From NCBI GenBank assembly GCA_030390025.1, contig CM059425.1, positions 170,006,001 through 170,070,000 on the forward strand: 64,000 bases of DNA, written 5' to 3'. Made by a program: the position numbers and the translations under genes. Numbering within the stretch: the first letter of the stretch is position 1; each line of letters opens with the position of its first letter. This stretch comes from Squalus acanthias (lineage: Eukaryota). Below the pieces are notes generated by a model. It had not been told where the DNA came from, searched no databases, and worked only from the letters and a program-made list of their open reading frames with translations. Of the stretch, positions 34,760 to 45,105 are shown piece after piece.

Positions 34760-37279
34760 TAGTGATGGACTTCCAGAGGACAGAGACAGGCTGGTAGAAT
34801 GGGTGGACACGTGGCAGATGAAATTCAACGCAGAAAAGTGTGAGGTGATACATTTTGGTAGGAAGAATGAGGAGAGACAATACAAGCTAAATAGTACAAT
34901 TTTAAAAGGGGTGCAAGATCAGAGAGACCTGGGGGTGTTTGTGCATAAATCTTTGAAGGTGGCAGGACAGGTTAACAAAGCAGTTAATAAAGCATATGGG
35001 ATCCTAGGCATTATAAATAAACCCGCACACTCTGCAATGTGAAAATTCCAACCATAGAGTACAAAAGCCAGGAAGTTACGCTAAACCTATAGAAAACACT
35101 AGTTTGGCCCCAGCTGGAGTATTGTGTTCAAGTCTGGGCATCATACTTTAAGAAGGATGTGAAGGCTTTGGAAAGGGTACAGAAGAGATGTACTAGTATG
35201 GTTCCAGGGATGAGAACATAAGAACATAAGAAATAGGAGCAGGAGTAGGCCATTCAGCCCTTCAATCCTGCTCCACCATTCAATAGATCATGGCTGATCT
35301 TCTACCTCAACTCCACTTTCCTGCACTATCCCCATAACCCTTGATTCCCTTATTATCCAAAATTCTATCAATCTCTGCCTTGAATATACTCAATGACTGA
35401 GCAACCACAGCTCTCTGGGGTCGAGAACTCCAAAGATTCACCACCCTCTGAGTGAAGAAATTTCTCCTCATCTCAGTCCTAAAAAACCGACCCCTTATTC
35501 TGAGACTGTGACCCCTGGTCCTGGACTCCCCAGCCAGGAGAAACATCCTCCCTGCATCTACCCTGTCAAGTCCTGTAAGAATTTTGTATGTTTCATTGAG
35601 ATCACCTCTCATTCTTCTAAACTCTAGAGAATATAGGCCTAGTCTACTCAATCTCTCCTCATAGGACAATCCCCCCATCCCAGGAATCAGTCTGGTGAAC
35701 CTTCGTTGCGTACCCTCTATGGCAAGTATATCCTTCCTTAGGTAAGGAGACCAAAACTGTACACAATGCTCTAGGTGTGGTCTTACCAAGGCTCTATGTA
35801 ATTGCAGTAAGACGTCTTTACTCTTGTACTCAAATCCTTTTGTAATAAAGGCCGACATACCATTTGCTTTCTTAATTGCTTGCTGTACCTGCATATTAAC
35901 TTTCAGCGATTTGTGTACAAGGACACCCAGGTCCCTCTGAACACCAACATTTCCCAATCTCTGCTTTTCTATTTTTCCTACCAAAGTGGATAACTTCACA
36001 TTTCTCCACATTATATTCCATTTGCCATGTTCTTGCCCACTCGCTTAACCTGTGATATCCCCTTGCAGCCTCTTTGCATCCTTCTCACAACTTACATTCC
36101 CACCTCGCTTTGTATCATCAGCAAACTTGGTCCCCTCATCCAAATCATTGATATAGATTGTAAATAGCTGAGGCCCAAGCATTAATCCTTGCGGTACCCC
36201 ACTACTTACAGCCTGCCAACCCGAAAATGACTTGTTTATTCCTACTCTCTGTTTTCTGTCCGTTAACCAATCCTCAATCCATGCTAGTATATTACCCCCA
36301 ATCCCATGAGCCTTAACTTTAATAACCTCTTGTGTGGCACCTTATCGAATGCCTTCTGAAAATCCAAATACACCACATCCACTGGTTCCCCCTTATCTAT
36401 CCTGCTAGTTACAACCTCAAAAAACTCTTAACAGATTTGTCAAACAAGATTTCCCTTTCATAAATCCGTGTTGACTCTGCCCAATCCTATTATTACTTTC
36501 TAAGTGCCCTGTTATCACATCCTTAATAATAGATTCTAGCATTTTCCCTATTACTGATGTCAGGCTATCTGGTCTATAGTTCCCTGTTTTCTCTCTCCCT
36601 CCTTTCTTAAATAGTGGGGTTATATTTGCTACCTTCCAATCCATGGGAACCGTTCCAGAATCTATGGAATTTTGGAAGAAGACAACCAATGCATCCACTA
36701 TCTCTATAACCACCTCTTTTAAAACCCTAGGATGTAGGCCATCAGGTCCAGGGGATTTATCAGCTTTCAGTCCCATTCATTTCTCCAGTACTATTTCCTT
36801 ACTAATACTAATTTCTTTCAGTTCCTCGAAGGGATTATAGTTACGTGTAGACTGGAGAAGCTGGGGTTGTTCTCCTTAGAGTAGAGACGGCTAAGAGGAG
36901 ATTTGACAGAGATGTTTAAAAGCATGAACAGTTTAGATAGAGTAAAGAAGGAGGAATTGTTTCCAATGGCTGAAGGGTGGATACGAGAGGGTACAGATTT
37001 AAGATGATTGGTAAAAGAACCAGAGGTGACATGAGGAAAGATATTTTTACACAACACGTGGTTAGGATTTGGAATGCACTGCCTGATAAGGTGGTGAATA
37101 CAGATTCAATACTAGCCTATTATTAGGGAATTGGATAAATACTTGAAAGAGAAAAAAATTGCAGGGATATAGGGAAAGAACAGGGGAGTGGGCCTAACTG
37201 GATTGCTCTTCAAAAGAGCTGGCGCAGACTCGATGGGCTGAATAACCTCCTTCTGTGCTATACTATTCTATGATTCTAA
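34760..37279 (+). mobile_element. CR1 LINE 3' part on + (34760-35213 and 36828-37279), split by an antisense CR1
   Basis: WQMKFNAEKCEVIHFGRKN. Rejoins as GTTCCAGGGATGA|GGGATTATAG. (CTATGATT) tail at about 37265-37279. Confidence 0.88.
35214..36827 (-). mobile_element. 5'-truncated CR1 LINE with frameshifts
   Basis: AGAACATA tail; ORFs 35307..36011 and 36417..36776 (GNYRPDSLTS, QHGFMKGKSCLTNL). Confidence 0.95.
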
Positions 37280-37852
37280 GTGAAGAAAGGTGTAAGATAA
37301 GTCCACTCTAGTAAAGGTTTAAGCCAGTTTGACATCATGGGGGAAAAATTCAGTTGGTTGCGCCTCCCGTTAGCGCCTTAAGAGGGCGCTAATGGGGCGC
37401 AAAGCCGCTAGCGCCCGGGCGCAGCGATGTTTGCACCGCTCGATGACTTAACTAGACATTGTGCGGCGGCGCTAAACTTTACCGCCGCGACCACCTGCGC
37501 GCGCAGATTGTGACGTCATTCCATGGTGCAACGCCCTTGTGGCGCCCCGGAGCGGAAATTGAGTGGTGCCCACTGCCTTACCGCCTGGCGCATCCAACAA
37601 CCGGAAGACTGGAACGCTATCAATCGCTGTGGGGCTGGGGGGGGGGGCGCTATTTAAAGGGGGCCTCTTCCTGTCTTTTTCTGTGGTTGACATTTTTGCA
37701 CCACTCGTTCTGAGAGAGAGAGAGAGATTCGGAGAGAGAGAAAGAGAGACTTCTGCATTGAGTCAACGCTTTGTGAGGTAGTTTTGCCTACTGATCCTAA
37801 CTTCGCTGGTACTTTGGTTGCTGTCCTTCATAACTTTGCTTGCAAAGAGACT

Positions 37853-39013
37853 ATGGGGGCTGCACTGAATGGGGGCGTCGTCCTGCTCCAGCTGAATCGG
37901 AGGACACAGAGACGCAGAGAGAGAGTGGCAATGATGGCCAGATGGAGGAGGGCCAACAGGCGTCTGTACAGGAGAGCTTACCCTCCCAGGGTATATCGTG
38001 AACAGCTCTCCTACATTCATATGTCTGAGGAGCTGTGTTTGCGAAGGCTGCGATTCAGCAAGGAGGTGGTCACTGAGCTCTGCCACCTGCTGCAGCCAGA
38101 TCTGCAGCCTCAACTGAGGTCCAGGACGTCTCTGTCGGTGGCAGTGAAGGTCACAGTGGCTCTCAACTTCTATGCTACTGGCTCATTTCAAGCTGCTGCT
38201 GGGGACCTCGCCAATATCTCCCAGTTCGCGGTGCATTGCTGCATCCGGCAGGTCACAAATGCCCTCTTTAAAAGGAGACGAGAGTTCATCTCTTTCCCCA
38301 TGACCCTAGACAAGCAGCGTGACCGCGCTCTGGGATTTGCGAGGATAGCGGGCTTCCCCATGGTGCAGGGCGCCATTGACTGCACGCATGTGGCTTTGCG
38401 TGCTCCACATGAGAATGCCGAGGAATTCCGGAACAGAAAGGGGTTCCATTCCTTGAATGTTCAGTTGGTCTGTGACCACAGACAGCTGATACTCGCTGTC
38501 AATGCCCACTATCCTGGCAGCTGCCACGATGCTTTCATCCTGCGCCAGACTACTGTGGCAGAACTTTTCGAGGCACCGCATCAGCCAGTTGGTTGGCTTC
38601 TCGGGGACAAGGGGTATCCATTGAGCACCTGGCTGATGACACCGCTCCGTACGCCCAACACCCCTGCTGAGCTGCGGTACAACGAGAGCCATCAAGCTAC
38701 CAGGAACATCATTGAGCGCACAATCGGCGTGCTGAAGCAACGGTTCCGCTGTCTCGACCATTCTGGAGGAGCCCTGCAGTACTCGCCTGAGCGACTATCC
38801 AACTTCGTAGTTGTGTGCTGCATATTGCATAACATGGCAATCGTCAGGACCCAGCCAATGCCACCAGGCCTTGGAGCACCACCAGAGGAGGAGGAGGAAG
38901 AGGAGGAAGAGGACGAGGAGGATGATCATCAGCAGCACCAAGGCGGGAGGGCGGCCCACAATGGTGAAACTGCAAGGGCCGTCCGTCAACGGCTGATAGC
39001 AAGCCGCTTCTAG
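37853..39013 (+). CDS. Harbinger DDE transposase (HARBI1-like family), intact, 386 aa from the first ATG
   Basis: Uninterrupted ORF. HTH region ALNFYATGSFQ..ISQFAVH; catalytic GAIDCTH, LLGDKGY, IERTIG; NRKGFHSLNVQ; YPGSCHD; acidic C-tail. Confidence 0.95.
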   Translation: MGAALNGGVVLLQLNRRTQRRRERVAMMARWRRANRRLYRRAYPPRVYREQLSYIHMSEELCLRRLRFSKEVVTELCHLLQPDLQPQLRSRTSLSVAVKVTVALNFYATGSFQAAAGDLANISQFAVHCCIRQVTNALFKRRREFISFPMTLDKQRDRALGFARIAGFPMVQGAIDCTHVALRAPHENAEEFRNRKGFHSLNVQLVCDHRQLILAVNAHYPGSCHDAFILRQTTVAELFEAPHQPVGWLLGDKGYPLSTWLMTPLRTPNTPAELRYNESHQATRNIIERTIGVLKQRFRCLDHSGGALQYSPERLSNFVVVCCILHNMAIVRTQPMPPGLGAPPEEEEEEEEEDEEDDHQQHQGGRAAHNGETARAVRQRLIASRF

Positions 39014-39355
39014 GGCCCCTGCTGTGGAAATGGCTTCTGCCATTGCTAACAACATCAATGAACCCAGCACGCAACCCCTAAGCCGGCCAAGGCACCAATG
39101 ATTCCAAACACCAAACATGTATATTTTGAATACAAAAACTTATTTATTTTACAAACTCTGTGTGTGTCATTTCCTCATGACAAACTCATAGAAATAAACA
39201 CAAAAAAACAGTCATTAACATAACTGGTTCTCACAACCTGGAGATAATGTCCAAAACACTAGACAAAAGTTGGACCACGAACCTTGGCCTTTAATAAAAA
39301 AATGACCAGCATTTTGTCACACCTCCTACTTTTTGCCCTTTGAGGGTGATCTCCT

Positions 39356-41198
39356 TCACTTGCGCACTTCCCCCCTTCTAACTCTACTGCTCCTCCGTAA
39401 TGGGACCCCAGTGGCTGCAGCAAGGCTGGTGGAAGGCTGCTGATTGTCAGACCCTGACACTGCAGATGCCCCTGAAGGACGGCCTCGACCAGTTCTGGGC
39501 CTGGAGGGCCCGGCTGCAGACTGCACCAACTCTGCATGGGCGGCAGCAGTCTGTCCTACAGGCGGTGGCAAGTGCAGTGGAGAAGTGACAGTGTTGGCAG
39601 CAGGAATGCTGTCATCATGAGAGAGGACAGCAACTCCCTGCTCGACCGACACACTGGCACTCCCACGGGGCAGCACTTCAGCATCCGGAGCAATCTGCTG
39701 GAGCACAGATTGCTGGCCTGCTGCGGCGCGGTGAGAGCCCCGGGGACATGTGAACGAACCATCGAGGTTGGCAGCAGTCAGTGCTCGCGTGGCCTCAATC
39801 TGAGTCTGCATGAGAGCAGTCAGAGATGGGATCACGGCAGTCAGTGACTGAATTGCAGGACTAAGCTTTTAATGTGGCATCCGCCTGTGCTACAGCGACG
39901 TGCTCCACACTCCTTGCCAGTGACTCAATGCATTCGGGCACCCTTCCCACTGCACCCATGAGCTCAGTGTGCATGCCCACCGCCTGGGTGTTCATTTCTG
40001 CGATCAGCCGCTCCTCCTCTGCATCCATTGCAGTAGGAGTCGCTGGCATACTCTCCCTCTGGGGAGAAGGCCCCCGTTCTTCCCTACCCCCATGGCGTTG
40101 CTGCAGCCCGCTGGGTCCTGGAGCTTCACCCTCATCAGACCCTTCCCCCTGCTCCCCTCCAGGGAAGGCGTGTTCCCAGTGTGGGCATGGGCTTCCTCGG
40201 GAGAGGGTGGCACTGATGCTCCGGCTTCCTCTTCCTCCTCGGCTGCAGCTTCACTCCCACTGGCAGCTTCAGGGCCCGTCTCCTCAGCTGGTGAATCACC
40301 ATCTGAAAGCAGGGAGGTACAAGAGTGGCTTTAGCGTGAGGACAGGGTGGCAGTAAGGGAGGAATAAGTGCAGCGAGTTAGCAAGTTGGATTGAAAGTGT
40401 CAAAGGCTGGTGTTGTGAGGGACAAGTGGAAGGACAGAGGACAAAAAGGTGATGACCTTACCATTGCTGTCCAGAACGGGGTCGGCGTCTCCAGTGGCGA
40501 CGGGACCGATCACCCGGCTTGCCACAATCCTGTGGACGCGCTCCTCAACATCGCTGAGGGGTTGCAGCTGAGGCCGCCCTCCACCTGTCCGTTGCTGCTG
40601 TCTCCTATTATGCGCCAGCTTGGCCTGCAAGAAAAAGGACAGCATCTGAGTAAATATACAGCCATGGTCTTGCCTGATGTGCCTCCCATAGGTGAATAGC
40701 CCTTACTGTATGCAGCCATGGTCTTGCCTGATGTGCCTCCCATAGGTGAATAGCCCTTACTGTATGCAGCCATGGTCTTGCCTGATGTGCCTCCCATAGG
40801 TGAATAGCCCTTACTGTATACAAAGTGTGGAATGTGTGTGTGTGTTTCATGAAAGGGCCATAGGTGTTGGATGAGTGTTGTGCATTGGGGTTTTAAGACC
40901 CTCTGGCCATAGAGTGAGGTTGAGATGGAGGGATGGAGAGGTATCGAGAAAAAGCCACTCACCCTGACGACCCGAGTGAGGTCGTTGAACTTTTTGCGGC
41001 ATTGAACATGGGTCCTGGGCACCATGCTCCTGGAGGAGACGCTCTGAGCCACCTTCCCCACACTCTTCTGTACTCGCGTGGCAAAGGCCTCCTGCCACTC
41101 TCAGGGAAGAGTATAGATCTTCTGCGCTCCACCGCGCCAACCAGAGCATCCAAGGCCCGCTCGGTGAAGCGATGAGCTCGTTCTCTCACCCTCTCCAT
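39356..41198 (-). pseudogene. Harbinger Myb/SANT-like DNA-binding partner gene, 3 exons (41198-40963, 40624-40462, 40302-39356), frameshifted
   Basis: RFTERALDALVGAVERRRSILFP..QCRKKFNDL. Splice sites AGG|GTGAGT, CTTGCAG|GCC (AKLAHNRRQQQRTGGG), G|GTAAGG, TTTCAG|AT, all phase-compatible. Frameshifts near 41057, 40180 and 39867. Confidence 0.88.
40655..40822. repeat. 54-bp tandem repeat, about 3.1 near-perfect copies, inside intron 1 of the Myb gene
   Basis: CAGCCATGGTCTTGCCTGATGTGCCTCCCATAGGTGAATAGCCCTTACTGTATG starts at 40659, 40713 and 40767. Confidence 0.97.
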
Positions 41199-44100
41199 CC
41201 TTGGCAGCAAAATGGATTCACAGGTCTCTCCAGGCCGAGATTCAAGGCTGCAATGAGCAGGGTGTGGCTGGGGAGCAAGTTGGCCCCCCCCCTTTAAGAA
41301 GTGTCCGGCGCCATTGTGTCTGTGTTCCCTCGCTAACTGGCAGCACCTGCGCTGCGCTCGCGCGCTGAGTTAGCGCCTCACTGCTCGGCCTTTGCGCCTT
41401 AAGACAGGTGTGCAGCGCCTGATTTAGCGCTCCACTCACCTCCCGGGGCGGTAAAAGTGAAGTTTCCAGTCAGTGGCGATAATTAGCGGCAGGCGCTAAT
41501 TTTTGCGTCCAGACGATATTTGCGCCCCAAATGGGGCGCGACCTAATTTTTCCCCCCATATTTCCTAAATTCTGTTATCCGCCAACCTAACTTATGCCAC
41601 TCAGGTATCTCAAAACAGCAGCTGAGGAACGTTACTTTGGATTGGTGTTCTGTCAAAATTCTCTTATGCTTTTTATTATTGAGGCTCCTATTATTATTTC
41701 AAAGTTTCCCTCGCAACTCGAAGGGAAAGGCTGAAATTTTTTTTTTCCCCGTGGGGATTCCCTTCTTTATGATTTACTTGTTGGAGGAAGAAGAGCAGGT
41801 AACTGTAATAACCAAGTAAGGCTCATAAGGCAGCACCACAGCAGATCTAACCCTACTGCAGATACCCAACTACCAAGGTGTGCAGCCCCAGAAGATATAT
41901 CCATCGAGTTATGTGTCAGTTGGCTTTGTGATCTTTGGCTCATGTGCAGAAGTTCCTGGAGCCTGGAGCTGCCACTCACTCCAGGATTCCCTGCATTGTA
42001 AAGAAGCCCACTTTCTGATAATGCTACAAAGGATGGCATTGGGACTCTGCTGCCATTCTTGCTATCTGCTGTATATCTTTATGAAGTCTTTGCAGGGCCT
42101 TCATATTCTGATACTCTGCAAGCATTCGTCTTTCCATGACAGGAACTCTGAGATTATCATCTCTCTGGAATCTCCCAAGTCTTGATTTAGGCTCTACCTT
42201 CATCATCTGGCTTTCTTCTGTGTTGTCAATCGCCCTATTTCAATTCCTTATCCAGACTGTCTGTATACCCCGAATTAAATAACTTATCTAGGCTGGTCAG
42301 TACAAGTGATAAAGTTCATCAGGGAGTGGGACAATTTCTTTTGACAGTGCTGGATGTTGAAGGTTCTGTCATTGATTCTTTCTCTATCTCTGCAGCATCT
42401 TTCTTGCTTCTGTGGAGATTGGAAGAATGAGAAATGTAGTGAGTTTCTTTCCCTTCCTGTTAGGCGTCCTGTAAGGGTTTCCTTAGAATATGAGCCTTAA
42501 AAGAGAGAAACCATTTCTGATCTTTGCCCATTAGCTCTTGGTCAGCACAAAATCACCTGTAGGTGCTGGCCCTCCAATGACTCCATCTCCTGTAACATTA
42601 GCTGAGTGATTCCTAGCATTTGCTTTGCGTCCCCCTCATGCTGTCTCTCCTCCTGTACTTGTAATTCTCAGGAATTGTACACAATCTTTTCCTGAATGAC
42701 AAAAGAATGCTCGTTATTGTCAGTCACAGGCTGTTTAATTTGACAACTATTTGGGAATTCTCGTCACTTCTCCGATAAAATTGGCACAGAAATAGCAAAT
42801 CTCCAATGGACATGTACACATTGCAGGAGGTTGTCTCTATTTAACTGAAGTTTTCCATGAGCAGGTGTCACATTTAATGCACGGGATGGTACCCTTAGAT
42901 TTGTGAATGCACTTTTAGGGTAAATCTAGGTCTACTGTCTGAAATGTACAAAATATACATTATCAGCAGCCTATAGCCATAATTGCCCTGATATTAACTG
43001 CAAGGCGCGTTGGGAGCGAGAATATCCGATATTGGGTGGGAAACCTGGAAGCAATTTCAGCACGTCTGTCTGTGACATTTTAACGCAGCCACCTCATTAT
43101 TATTTTACATCCAGGTTTGGTGTGGCAGCGGGCGTGGTGCGGACCCGCATGACACGATCTCAACTCCAGTATTTAAAGGGCCAATCCAAAGATGAAATTT
43201 GGAGGAGTTGGGTGTTGGAATCAAGAGAGGAAGAAGTTTCTGAATGGATTCAAGACAGTCAAAGGCTGTGTCGTGCTTTAATGACACCTCCCTTGATGCA
43301 CTGCTGGGGGCAGTGAGAACATAAGAACATGAGATAAGAACATAAGAAATAGGAGCAGGAGTAGGCCAATCGGCCCCTCGAGCCTGCTCCGCCATTCAAT
43401 AAGATCATGGCTGATCTGATCCTAACCTCAAATCTAAAGAACACAAGAAGTAGGAGCAGGACCCGGCCACTCAGCCCCTGGGCCCGCTCCGCCACCCACA
43501 GGGCCCTGACCGATCCGAACTCCGCCTCATGTCCAATTTCCTGCCCGCTCACCGTAACCCATAATTCCCTTTACCTCTAGGAAACTATCTATTTCTGTTG
43601 TAAATTTATTTAATGATGTAGCTTCCACAGCTTCCTGGGGCAGCAAATTCCACAGACCTACTACCCTCTGGGTGAAGAAGTTTCTCCTCATCTCAGTTTT
43701 GAAAGAGCAGCCCCTTATTCTAAGATTATGCCCCCTCGTTCTAGTTTCACCCATCCTTGGGAGCATCCTTACCGCATCCACCCGATCAAGCCCCTTCACA
43801 ATCTTATATGTTTCAATAAGATCGCCTCTCATTCTTCTGAACTCCAATGAGTAGAGTCCCAATCTACTCAACCTCTCCTCATATGTCCACCCCCTCATCC
43901 CCGGGATTAACCGAGTGAACCTTCTTTGTACTGCCTCGAGAGCAAGTATGTCTTTTCTTAAGTATGGACGCCAAAACTGTATGCAGTATTCCAGGTGCGG
44001 TCTCACCAATACCTTATATAACTGCAGCAATACCTCCCTGTTTTTATAATCTATCCCCCTAGCAATAAAAGCCAACATTCCGTTGGCCTTCTTGATCACC

Positions 44101-45105
44101 TGCTGCACCTGCATACTAACTTTTTGATTTTCTTGCACTAGGACCCCCAGATCCCTTTGTACTGCAGTACTTTCCAGTTTCTCGCCATTAAGATAATAAC
44201 TTGCTCTCTGATTTTTCCTGCCAAAGTGCATAACCTCACATTTTCCAATATTGTATTGCATCTGCCAAATCTCTGCCCACTCACCCAGCCTGTCTATATC
44301 CCCTTGTAGGTTTTTTATGTCCTCCTCACTTTCTACTTTCCCTCCCATCTTTGTATCATCTGCAAACTTTGATATGTTACACTCGGTCCCCTCCTCCAAA
44401 TTGTTAATATAGATTGTAAAGAGTTGGGGACCCAGCACCGACCCCTGCGGAACACCACTGGCTACTGGTTGCCAGTCCGAGAATGAACCATTTATCCCAA
44501 CTCTCTGCTTCCTGTTAGATAACCAATCCTCTACCCATGCCAGAATATTACCCCCAATCCAGTGATTTTTTATCTTGAGCAATAATCTTTTATGTGGCAC
44601 CTTGTCGAATGCCTTCTGGAAGTCTAAATACACTACGTCCACTGGTTCCCCTTTATCCACCCTGTACGTTATGTCCTCAAAGAACTCAAGCAAATTTGTC
44701 AGACATGACTTCCCCTTCATAAAGCCATGCTGACTTTGTCCTATTAAATTATGTTTATCTAAATGTTCCGTTACTGTCTCCTTAATAATAGACTCCAAAA
44801 TTTTACCCACCACAGATGTTAGGCTAACTGGTCTATAGTTTCCAGCCTTCTGCCTACTACCCTTTTTAAATAAGGGTGTTACATTAGCAGTTTTCCAATC
44901 TGCCGGGACCTTTGCTGAGTCCAGGGAATTTTGGAAAATTATTACCAAAGCATCCACAATCCCTACTGCCACTTACCTCAACACCCTAGGATGTAAGCCA
45001 TCAGGTCCAGGGGATTTACATAGATACATAGATACATAGAACAGTACAGCACAGTACAGGCCCTTCGGCCCTCGATGTTGTGCCGAGCATTGTCCGAGAC
45101 CAAGA

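Larger units (their letters stand above)
37339..41556 (+). mobile_element. Complete PIF/Harbinger DNA transposon, 4218 bp, with two convergent genes
   Basis: Perfect 12-bp TIR GGGGGAAAAATT. TSD CAT at 37336-37338 and 41557-41559. Transposase on +, Myb-like gene on -. Confidence 0.97.

Noticed and set aside
37853..39013. Calling the transposase the domesticated host gene HARBI1
   Set aside because: It is enclosed by TIRs and a TSD and paired with a Myb gene, so it is a transposon gene.
40655..40822. CRISPR-like array
   Set aside because: Units are head-to-tail identical with no spacers, there are no cas genes, and the context is eukaryotic.
42024..42206. Coiled-coil-like ORF (RRMLAEYQNMKALQRLHKDIQQIARMAAE) as a host exon or old Myb-partner remnant
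   Set aside because: Similarity is only compositional; no termini or splice sites support either call.
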